Source: Hormiphora californensis
Lineage: Eukaryota > Animalia > Ctenophora
Direction: 5' to 3'
Assembly (NCBI GenBank): GCA_020137815.1
Contig: CM035351.1
Coordinates: 5,456,001-5,520,000 of the forward strand
Length of the DNA stretch: 64,000 bases
In this document: piece by piece, positions 37,297 to 48,400 of the stretch
Layout of the letters: every line of letters starts with the position of its first letter
How positions within the stretch are numbered: the stretch's first letter is position 1
Program-made: the position numbers and the translations under genes
Notes under the pieces: generated by a model
What the model saw: only the letters and a program-made list of their open reading frames with translations
Database searches by the model: none
Told to the model about the DNA's origin: nothing

Positions 37297-38042
37297 ATGC
37301 AACGGCTCTGTGCTGTACGTTTGTCCAGACAAGTCTGCACGCGGGATAAGTCCTCAATTAAAGTTTACGCTGACACAGGTTGTCGGATATCATATCCAGA
37401 GGTGCAAACTATCGCAGAAAGAGCCAATCAAACGGGTATACATTTAACGTTTGTTCGAGCATTTGATACCAGTATGAAATATCCAAGAATAATGCTGCAC
37501 TTTTTATCTACTAAATACTATCTATGATTTAGTGAAATATCCAAGAATAATGCTGCAGTTTTTATCTACTAAATACTATCTATGATTTAGTGAAAAACAT
37601 CAAACTAAAGCTGGGTATCTTTTAGGGAAACATCCTATTGAAATTGTGGATGTGTTGACTCGGTCCTACAATTCTGAACTCCATGGAGGTTTGACAAGAA
37701 GAGATGCTATGTTGGAGTTTCATGTCAGGACGGAAAGTGGGGAGATAATAAAGAATGTTGATGCCATTTTGTTTCTCTACAAGCATGTTGGTTAGTTTAA
37801 CTTGGTAACTTCATTGATTAATTGATTGACTTGCCGTTTCTTCTGGTTTCCTTTCTTTAGATCCAAAAGTGTACTGGCTACTTCGACCATTTTATATCCC
37901 GCTCGATCTGATATTTCGACATGTCTGGCTGCCCAACCGGTTTCAGCTCTACGGAAGGTGTGATGTAAGGATGGAGTTGGAAGAAGATGAACGGTACCTC
38001 AAATGGAGGAAAAATTTAGGACAAAAGCGATTGGGAAAATGA
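37297..38042 (+). CDS. DCC1-like (DUF393) thiol-disulfide oxidoreductase family protein, probable mitochondrial presequence
   Basis: Exons at about 37297-37435, 37626-37790 and 37861-38042: MQRLCAVRLSRQVCTRDKSSIKVYADTGCRISYPEV..IEIVDV..GLTRRDAMLEFHVRTESGEIIKNVDAILFLYKHV..WLPNRFQLYGRC. This matches the recalled family pattern (YDxxCxxC, HV...G...DA, NR..xGR). Confidence 0.8.
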
Positions 38043-38177
38043 AGCTATTGTGTGTTGTATGATGTTGTATATTCTTGTTAAATCTTTTTGATATTACACT
38101 GAACTCAAATGGCTTTTCAAACTATAATAGCATTTCAGCATATTCTTTCCCTGCTAACATGTTATCATCATTAGACT

Positions 38178-41100
38178 ATGAGTAAACGTCCGATAACAGA
38201 CCTCCAATCGGACGATGATTCAGATGTCGATCTTGATGAGGAATTCAGTGAGGATGAATTAGATGAAGTCCAACCAAAGAAATCAGCACCGAAAAAGTAA
38301 GATCTTTATAGTACATAACTCCCTCCCGCGCGGGCAGTTAATCAATAGACGCACTGCAGAGTCCCGAAGGGACCCGTGCGTTACAGCACTGTAAATCCCG
38401 AGCGTCAGCGAGGGGTTTACAGGTATATCTGCACGCTAGGGAGGGAGTTATGTTCTATAGACCCCGCTGGCGGGCACCTAGAAGCAAAACAAGCACAATT
38501 TACGTGGTTCTCAAACATAGAGCTCACACAAAACGGGTCAAACAGTTGGAAATGAAGCCACAGATTGCCTCTCTACATTCTTACACACTCGTAGCAATCG
38601 TTTTAACAATTCAAAAGGGTGGAATGCATAGAGAGATAACAGTTAATTGTGGGTCAAGAGGAACAGTTGCCAACAGACTGGCGGGCGCCAAATCTAGACC
38701 GAGAACGTTGTAGGTTGTACACACACTCCCTCTTGTGTTGCCACGTCATTTTATCGTGTTTCCAGTGATTCTTTGTGATCTTTACACAAATCTGTCAGAG
38801 GGCGTGCGTCTATCGAGATACAAACTCACGGCAGTGCACGGCCCAATAGACCAGTGCAAATTGTTCAAGCGCGCCGTGCGTCTATTTTAGCCAGCGGGGT
38901 CTATATACATTTGTTTCATTAATGCACCGGTTTATTGTCCCTTCCCCATTCGACCCATTATATGACCCCTTTCTCCCCTAGATCAAAATTCCTGCGGATC
39001 ACAGACTTCATCCAGGACGAGGCTGAGGTGGATGATGATGCGGATGACCTTGAGGAAGATGATGACTTGGAGGAAGGGTACAGTGAGCTGGTGAAGGAAG
39101 GTGCCGAGGAGCCGGAGGATGGGGAAGATGCTTACAGTAGTCGAATGAGGCTGCAACATATCATGGACATCGAGGAAGAGGACAAGATTGAGCAGTATTA
39201 CAGGTAGGAGTTGTTTGTTAGTTAATTTCTGTTTTGTTCATCTTTTTTCTGTTTTGTCCCTGTTTTGTTCCTGTTTAACTCCTGTTTGTATGGTTTCCTT
39301 GTGATAAATCTACGAATTGTTTAGGAACAAGTACGCCGAAGTTGACGACCAGGATGTTATTGACACCAGTGGGTATGCTAAGAACGAGGAAGTAAAACAA
39401 CAAAGTGCACTACCGGGTGTCAAGGATCCCCGGCTGTGGCAGGTTAAGTGTCGGATAGGAGAGGAAAAGGCAACCGCCATCAAACTCATGCGGAAGTTTA
39501 TAAATTTGGAGGCAAATAATGATCCACTTCAAATCAAATCAGTTGTTGTTCCTGTTGGTGTGAAGGGGTGTATTTACATTGAGGCGTACAAGCAGACCCA
39601 TGTAAAAGCAACCCTGGCGGGAGTGAACGCTCTGGGAATGGGGAAGTGGCAGCAGCCTATGGTACCCATTAATGAAATGCCTGATGTCCTCAAGGTGAGT
39701 CGACTATCTTTTTACTCGTCTCTAGTTGTTCTACATGTTCGAACGTGTTCTAATATTCGCTTGTTTATTTTTCACTGAAACCATGTCTCTCTCTCACAAT
39801 TAGGTGGTTAGCGAACCGTTGGCGATAAAGCAGAATTCTTGGGTCCGGATCAAACGGGGAATCTACCGGGATGATTTAGCACAGATTGACTACGTTGAGA
39901 ATAACCAAAACAAGGCTCTCTGTAAGCTAATCCCCCGGATAGATTACAAGAAGGTGAAAGCTGTCTACAAGGATGGAGAAACCGTTAATAACTTCCGGAG
40001 GTCTGCCAAGGGACGGCCGTCACAGCGAATTTTCAAAGCTGATGAGATCAGAGGTCTGGGAGGAGAGTTGAAGAAAGATGGAGATTTTATCATTTTTGAG
40101 AGTAACCGATACCGTAATGGCTTCCTCTACAAGACCCTATCCTTTTCCGGTATTTCCATTGATGGCCAGAAACCCACGGTTGAGGAACTGAAAATGTTTG
40201 ACGAGCAACCAGACAACGTTGACCCGGAGAATCTCCCCTCGGAAAAGAAGCTAACCACAGATGCAGTGTTTTCAGCGGGGGATGTGGTAGAGGTGTCAGA
40301 GGGAGAGTTGATTCACATGACGGGTACAATTATCAGCATAGCAGGAGATAAAGTTACCATTGTGCCAAACCACGCTGATCTGGCTAACGCTGGAGCACTG
40401 GAATTTCCAGCCAAGGAACTCCGGAAGATTTTCAAAGAGGGTGACCACGTGAAAGTGATCAATGGAAGTTTGGAGGGCGAGACGGGTGTTGTTGTGCGGG
40501 TAGATGACAATATTGCGGTGTTAGTCGCTGATAAAACCCTTGAGGAGTTCAAGGTTCGACCCCGGGACCTCCAGCTATGTACGGAAATGAACTCCGGTGT
40601 GGACAGCCATGGGATGTACCAGATTGGTGATGTGATCGAGATAAACCAGAGTACTGTCGGGTATATCGTTAGGATAGAGCGGGAATCGGTCAAGGTTCTC
40701 ACTCAGTACGGGAAAACTGAGTCAGTGAATAACAGGGCCATTATGAGGAAACTTCGGTGTGGCCAGGCCTTGGATTCACAGCAAAACTTCCTGAAGCACA
40801 AAGACATTGTTGATGTGAATGATGATAAGAAGAGAAGGGGAGAGATCAAGTTTATCTGGCGTCATTTCTTGTTTTTGTTTAACCGGGGTTTAGCGGAAAA
40901 TGGTGGAATTTTCGTTGCTAAATCACGCGGTGTAACGTTACCAGGTGCAAATAAGTCCACTGGTAGTTTTGTTGCGGCCTCCCCCCGTCTCCAGTCACCC
41001 TCTCGGAGTCCAATGCGGGCTGGGGGTGATGGTGGTGCGTCACCCAGGCATAGCCGAGGAGGGGGCAGAGGGGGCAAGAGCCAACGAGACAGAGAGTTCA

Positions 41101-42179
41101 TTGGCAAGACGGTCAAGGTTAAAACTGGTCCATACAAGGGTTATGTGGGTATCGTCCGGGATTCAACGGACACCACTGCCAGGATTGAGCTTCACACGGA
41201 CTGCAAAATCATTTCCGTCGAGCGGGGTCATCTTGCGGAGGTGACGACTCTGGCAAGTGGAGGTCACATCACTCCCTCCACTCCCTTCATCAACAAAACC
41301 CCCGCCTACACGAACAACCTGGGTGGAGCTACCCCAGTTTACGGGGCTCAGGGTTCACGGACACCCATGCAAAGTGGAAACAGGACACCCATGTATGGAT
41401 CTCAGACACCGTCCAGGGGAGATCGGACACCCTACTATGGCGCCCAGACACCCACCCATGACGGCAATGCGACCCCTCGGGCGGGATATAGTGCTTGGGA
41501 TCCCAACTGTCCGAACACTCCTGCCCGATCATCATCTGATGATTTTAATGATTTCTACGAGAACTCACCCTCACCTGCTCCCTTCAGCCCAGCGAACCCC
41601 CAGACACCGGGTTACGGTGAACCAATGACGCCAGGGTATGCCATAGACAGCATGGGTCCAGCCACCCCGGGCACTGATTACAATACCAGTAGTGCCCCGA
41701 GCCCGGCTTCTCCCTACACAGAACCCTCACCCTCACCGGGCGAGTCCAGTTTAGGACCCCCGTCCCCCGGATCAGACAGCTCCGTACCCACACCCTACAG
41801 TAACCTGGCAAGTCCAATGACCCCAGCATCAACACAAGAAAACTGGCCTCTCAGTGGCATTGAAGTTGTCATGTTAGAGAGTTTCGAGGATGGCCAATAT
41901 ATCGGCCAAACGGGATACATCAGGGCTGTGTCCGGGCCCATTTCAACTGTCTGGTTGTATGAAGAAGAACGGGAGTTTGAGTGCCAGAGTTATCAGATGA
42001 AACCTGTTGTGCCGAAGAAACAGGACAAGGTTGTGATAATAACCGGAAACAGGAGGGGTAACCACGGGCAGCTAATTAACATTGACAATGACGATGGTAT
42101 CGTGAAGGCAGACAAGTCCCTGGAGTTGAGGATTCTAAAACTGGATTCCCTCGCAAAGTTATCCGCTCACCACATGTAG
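38178..42179 (+). CDS. SUPT5H: transcription elongation factor SPT5
   Basis: Exons at about 38178-38296, 38982-39203, 39325-39694 and 39804-42179. Acidic N-terminus, LPGVKDPRLWQVKCRIGEEK NGN domain, multiple KOW motifs, GSRTPM/TPMYGSQTP CTR repeats and a C-terminal KOW. Confidence 0.99.
38313..38905. mobile_element. non-autonomous multi-hairpin element (Crypton-like, tentative) in SPT5 intron 1
   Basis: Branched palindrome 38313-38453 (inner gtcccgaagggac and ctgtaaatccc..gggtttacag). Inverted repeat tatagaccccgctggc 38456-38471 pairs with 38890-38905. Confidence 0.6.
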
Positions 42180-42463
42180 AGAGAGGGTATGTGCATTGGG
42201 GAGAGGGGATAGTTTGAACTTGGTAAAGATTGAAGTATGATGGTTGAGTGGTTTGTGGGTGAAAGGTGCTTTATTCATTTTTCAGTGTGACAATATTGCA
42301 ATATCAATATGTCACTGTATCATTGATTAATATTATTCAACACGTTTGACTCTTATTTAAATTGATCGTTTTAATCTACCTCTACATTATGGAGTCCATG
42401 AGTCTCTCCCATTTAACATAACACAAAGAAGTAAACCTTCCCATCTCTCTCCTCCTAGCTAGC

Positions 42464-42823
42464 ATGTCTATGGCATCAGACCCCCGGTCCGGTTCGCCGG
42501 CCTCCTCTCCCCTCTTCTCTCCCCCTGCCTCCCCAGCTGGCATGTCTCCAGCGGGTGGTCCAGGCTCCCCCGGTGGCATTGGATCCCCTCCCAACAGGAT
42601 CTCTCCCTCTGGCCTGAGCCCATCCATGCACGACCAGAACCTGCAAGCAGCTGCTGCCACTGCAGTAGGGTCCACTGTCAAGAAAGCCATGATTTATGTT
42701 TGTGGGGAGTGCCGTGGTGACAACGAGATCAAATCACGTGACCCGATCAGATGTCGGGAGTGTGGCCATCGGATTATGTACAAGAAGAGAACTAACAGAA
42801 TGATGGTCTTCAACGCACGATGA
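42464..42823 (+). CDS. POLR2K: RNA polymerase I/II/III shared subunit RPB12 with a long Ser-Pro-rich N-terminal extension
   Basis: C-terminal [44 protein letters not shown] is the RPB12 zinc ribbon. Intronless 119-aa ORF directly after an acceptor-like ctcctcctag. Confidence 0.97.
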   Translation: MSMASDPRSGSPASSPLFSPPASPAGMSPAGGPGSPGGIGSPPNRISPSGLSPSMHDQNLQAAAATAVGSTVKKAMIYVCGECRGDNEIKSRDPIRCRECGHRIMYKKRTNRMMVFNAR

Positions 42824-42984
42824 GTTACAAGAAACACTACAGATAGAACTGTTTTAATATTTTTGCAAAATTAACACTTATTTATGTCTTTCAAAAGTCG
42901 TACCAGTTCATTTTAACAAGCGTAGTTTAATGTCTAAACTCTCAAAAGTATGCACAACTAAATCCTATACCTTCTCTCCAAGTT

Positions 42985-44930
42985 ATGCTACAGGCTGTAA
43001 GGGTTCAGCGGGCCCTTTCAGGGGTGCAGCTGTTGAAGCGATTCCGTCACCCCGATACAAAACCTAGTGATCAAACTGTAGAGATTCAACCTCAACAGGA
43101 GCTCATCTCTCGAGAATTGTTACGGCCAATTAAATCAATCCGGAATGTTACTTTAGGTAAGATGGAATTGGTCTCACTAGAAACCGTTTTATATACCCTG
43201 CTAACTTAAATAATGCGCCAGTCCCACTAGCGCGCTCTCAATATACAGCCAGTCCAGCGGCAGATTATTTCCCACTGGCAGGTTATTTATTTTTAACTCC
43301 TATGTAACATTCAAAGTGTGTGTAAATGATCAGTTCTTAAACTGATCATTTAAAATACAGAGGGAACACTATGTGTAACACTTACACACTACATTGGAGA
43401 GAAAGAAAGGACACATTCCGTCAATTACTCTCTCTTTATCTCCCCTTTTGTCTCACTATCTCTTCCTCTGTGTTATGTGTGACATGCCCCTTATCAGGCT
43501 ATTTCTTTCACTCTCTCTCCTTAGCAACTGCTTAGTAACTGTTACCAAACAGTGTACACTCAATTGTGAGGTGTTTTTAACTATTTCTCAGTCCTCTTTG
43601 TGTGTTTTGATTAGTGTTCTCTCTCCTGTTAGTGTGTAATACTTGAAACAAACAACTAAAGCAGGGTATATAACCTATAAACTCTGACCACTGGCACGTT
43701 ATTGGTTTAAACCCCTCCGCCTCTCCCTCGGCTCCGCCTCGGGATCGTCGTCGTGATTTAAACCAGTTTATCCGCCAGCGGCGGATAAACTCCAGCTAAC
43801 TTCTCCCAGCGGCGCGCTGGGAGAAAGTTATCTGAAATAACGCGCCAGTGGCCAGAGTTTATACCTCATAAATACTTCTTGGTATCTAAGAAATCAGAAA
43901 GACTAATACATTATTTTCCGTGGACAGTGCACGACCAGCCGTTAGATGGATGGACTATGAAACAGCCCACCAGACCTAACATCCTCAGACCACGGTGGCC
44001 AGAGCAGTTCATTATGGAGCCTGTCTTTCAGGGCCGCTATGCAATTGTTGCTTTGGAAACATCCTCTCTGGGCTTCAAAAACATGAAGGTACATACACAC
44101 TAATAAATTACCTAGCTCGAGTCTTTATGGGACTAGGGAGTGTTTGAGAAATGAGAGTCCCCTACTCCCCTTATAATGAATTACTATTTTCAGGCCAGTA
44201 AAGAGTTTGTGAACAAATGGCTCACTCGAGGTATCCATGGGTTATGGGTCAGGTACTACCCCGACTACCCTAGATCTATCCGATTACCGGGCATGCCCAA
44301 GAACGGTGGCGGAAAGGGAAAAGTGAAGCAGTGGCACGATTACGTTCATGCAGGTTAGTTTTTATTATAATTTTAAAACAGGAATCTGAATCGTTTTTGT
44401 TATTTGTAAAGTGGGGAGGAAAACGTTTGTATTACTGTGTAAGTCAAGGATTTTTACCCGATACTATTTTCAGGGCGAGTTTTGATTGAGTTCGACTCAG
44501 ATCCTTTGACATCAAAGATAATATTTGACGGAGTGTTCAAGAGGGCAAAGTTGGCTGTAATGTTAGTCGATGGAAATAAACATCGCCAGCCTGGATTGGT
44601 AAGTATAACGGATTTTTGTAACGAATCAGTCAAATTCCAATTCCAACTACATATTTTAAGGTTTACCCGCCGGTCCTTATATCCATCGGTTTTTCACAGG
44701 TGACAGATATTGGAGGACGCGATAGGCTCGGACACAAAGTATACGACTACAAGATTGAACGAGCATGTGGATCAACCTACGTTTTCAGGCTACCAAAAGA
44801 CATGTACAAAGACAATGAGGGTACACGCTGTACAATGGAGACCATGCAATTAAACTATTCTCATAACAAGCACCATAGCTTTGGCAATGATCGTCTTCGT
44901 GTTAGAACGGGGACTGCTCACGGATGCTGA
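42985..44930 (+). CDS. MRPL16: mitochondrial ribosomal protein uL16m
   Basis: Exons at about 42985-43156, 43928-44088, 44194-44353, 44474-44598 and 44700-44930. Arg-rich presequence, then GRYAIVALE, LWVRYYPDYP, GGGKGKVKQW..VHAGRVLIEF. Confidence 0.88.
43189..43863. mobile_element. non-autonomous multi-hairpin element (Crypton-like, tentative) in MRPL16 intron 1
   Basis: Inverted repeat ttatataccctgct 43189-43202 pairs with agcagggtatataa 43660-43673. Branched palindrome 43676-43863 is an inverted, diverged homolog of 13451-13649. Confidence 0.65.
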
Positions 44931-45492
44931 GTATTTCTCACTTTAATAACGAAGTCCTGTTGTGTAAGTTATTGATCTAAAGTTCTGTCCATTCTCCAAA
45001 TCGGCGCCTCTTTTTGTCTCAAGTTTTGAACTGTGATCCCCGAACGATCTCCTTGTAAAGAAAGCACATCCGCGCGCACCACGCGCGTTCACATTCGTGT
45101 CATTGTCAGAAATGATGCGACGCGCAAATAACTCCAATTTACTCCGCAAACAACTTCATTTTCAGGATGAAAGCTCAGATAACCATAGAGACGGAGCAAC
45201 TTCATTTCTCTGCAGTTCATCCTCCGCAGCTGAAGAGTTTGGTATTTCTCATTTGTTACACTTGTGTTCCCCTTGTTGAGTGAAGCTAAGTAGTAAATGC
45301 ATTTGCAATTCAATCTCTTTTGATTACTTAGCGAGTACATAACAGCATTTTATATCCACCTTACAGTCACACCTTAGCAGTTCATGTCTTGCGGGGCTTG
45401 TAGCACTGTATCAACTATCATGTATGCCAATTCCACTTTCGATTTAACTCAACCGTTATATATCATTTCCCTATTTTCTAGGTTAAGCGGTT

Positions 45493-48400
45493 ATGACAAG
45501 TCAGGCGATGAAATACACCATTCCTTCCACCAAATATACCCCTGAGCATACCCGGTATGGTATGCCTCAGACTGGTGTCACTCTCCCTGCTACTCGTTAT
45601 ACCATCCACGAGTGGACTGGCTCCAATGCGAACCAGTACCTGACGTCAAGTACCGAGCGAACCTCTTCACTAAATCTGCGACTTGAATCTGAGCGACTCC
45701 GATGTGAAACCGCCGACCGAACACGACGAACCCAGAATGACATCAACTCCAAACTCCAGGACCGGATCGAGAACATCACCTACTGGAAGACTGAGGTTGA
45801 CCGACAGCTCCAGAAGACCGACCAGGAAATTGCCAACTTAATGGCGTCCAAGAAACAGCTCGAGCAGGCTCATGTGGCCACTCAGCTGCCTTTCGAGGTT
45901 GCCACAACCTGTCTGAAGCACCGAGAGGGCCGTCTTTCCATTGATCTTGTACACGATGATGTTGAGGTGCAACTGCTGAAGGTGAGTTGGGATAATCGGG
46001 GCAAATTGGGCAGAAAACATTTTGTGTCGAAATATCTGAATTGCTTGCTTGTGACATGCTTCTCTCTCACTGAGAGTCTCAGGGACACTCAAACTTAATA
46101 CATAACATTAGCTGATATTCAACATCATTTGAGATATTCACAAATCGATAATTGCATCTTGTGAAATATGTCCTTCAATGTGTGATTCATCCGTAGTGGT
46201 TTCAAGCCAGTACACCTTTTTAATCAATATACAGAGACCACAAAAGATGGTTCGCTTTTATTTCTCTCGCTCTTTTTCACAACCAATCCTTTTTCTCCTT
46301 GGCATTCCCCAAGCATTTCATGCTCTTTCCTCCTCACAAAAATGCCTGCACTATCTCTCCCAATCACTTTCTCTCCCTCTCTATCTCCCCCCTCTCTCCC
46401 TCCTTCTCACTTTGTGTGGTAAAGGTGTCTATCTAAATGTGTGCATATATTTGCCACCTTGGTCAGTGTGTGGATGTGCTGCAGTATGATTGTCCGTCAG
46501 TTGGTCTGTGCGTGCGTTGGTCTCACATGTGAAACTCAATTGCTCTAATAAGTAATGAATTGATGTACATGTGATCGCATTTTGTCTCTCCCCTTCACAA
46601 CTCTCTCCCCCCGCAGGAAGTTGAGATGATAGAGAACGTGCAGGCTCTTCTCCAGCAGCGCATTCACGAGAGTGATAGGCAGCTCAGGTTTGTTCTTGTA
46701 TAAAGTGTGGGAGTCTTGATATAGAGGGATATTGATGGAAAAAAAGAAGATGCTGGGAATAGATGAATAAACGGTGTCTCAAAGAGACATATTATAATAT
46801 GCACGATACATGACATAGATCATAGAGCTTACTAAGCTCAGCTTGAATCGGTAATGTGTTCTATCTGTTCTCTATAACTGACCCAACCTAGTTATTATAA
46901 GTGGAGTAATAAGTTAAGAAAAAACGAGAGAAGAGAGAGTAGAGATGAAGGAAATAGACCGCCAGTGCCATTATCATTGTAAATCATGATCGGCCGAAAG
47001 AGAGAATTAGGAAAGATACTGCCGGCGAGAGACTTCCTAGAACGAGATGGAGAAAGAGAGAGAGAGATAGAGAGAGATAGAGAGCGCAAAAAAAGAAAGC
47101 TATAACTGATTAGAGGTAGAGAAGGGATAGACAGAGAGACAGAGCATGAGTGCTAAAGTGTAGCTGTTTATAGGCGGAAGCTTAGCTGCGCTAATAGTTA
47201 GCATCAGTGATCTGTCTATTATTGTCCTAAGTAACCATGGAAACTCGAATCTACCTCTCCCTTCCTAATCTGGTATTTCAATCTGCGGTATCTTGTTTCC
47301 CTTCATCATTCTTTCCATCTCCCTCTCTCCATCACTACTTCTGTAGCAGTACAGTAATTAAGACTTTACAAAGTTACAACCTATTTCAGTGAGCTAAGGC
47401 ACTGTAAGAGCAATCTTGAGGCTGATCTGAAGGACAAATGCTCCTCCTACGGACTGGATTCCCGGTGTGCTGGGCTCCATAATGGCTCTCTTGGCATGAC
47501 CATCCACAATAATGCCGTCAAGATTGACCCCAAGTAAGCACCTTATATGCATGAAATATTAGCTACATAAATATCTAGTTAGCACTTATCTCCCCTCCCC
47601 CGGCCCCTCTCTATTCGACTTCTTTTAACCAGGTCTGCCACTCCTGCTTCCTATGAAGCGTTCTCTCACGACAACATCACCAATGCCGAGAAGCAGCGGG
47701 TCTCTTCATGCCGACAGAGGGAACTGAACGAGCACACCATGCACCAGACCTCCAACGATCTCCACAAACAGGCTGAGACCGTCAATGAGTCCTTCAGGAT
47801 TAGGATCCAGGAGATGATCACTGCCAAGACCAACCTCGAGGAAAATCTTAACCAGGTATAATATACTTTTGTAGTTTTTGACCTCTCTTTCTTTCTGTGT
47901 AACTGATCGATGTGCACAGTGTGCACAAGCAATAAGAGCCACCCACTCCAGTTGGCGTTGAATCGTTGAACTTTTTAAACTGATGATAACTGCTCCACCT
48001 GCTGCACAGTTGCCTGATGTATAACGGATTCAGAAACTTTCTAAGCTTGCGAGAATCAAGTGTGTTAAAATTCGGTTTCCAAACAAAGACTTGTGTGCAC
48101 GTTTAGTTTTTACACAACTCCCTCTCTCTCCCTCCAACTAACTGTGCAGCCGCAGAATGCATTATGTAGTCATTAGAATTAGAAATCGCTCGTGCATGAG
48201 TTTTTAAACCATCCTAGCTATCAATCCATCTCTCGGGGGCTTATCTTGCACGTAAACATGTGCATTCCTGAATGACTGTTACTTAGTAACTTCTAATTGT
48301 GATCTTTCTGTAGAGAGACCACAATTAGTTTTAAACAACGTTGCTTAGGTTTAGCACATGTTGACACACATAGGTTCAATAATGTATTGTGGGAGTAATG

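Noticed and set aside
40090-42690. Antisense and alternate-frame ORFs over SPT5 and RPB12 (likewise over tektin, TEP and the LINE)
   Set aside because: They are shadows of GC-richer true coding sequence with no independent motifs.
45167-45492. Upstream ATG exon (MKAQITIETEQ..) as the tektin N-terminus, and tektin as a fifth operon gene
   Set aside because: It is out of frame with tektin, with an in-frame TAA just before ATG 45493. The longer spacer has its own GCGCGC cluster, which suggests a separate promoter.
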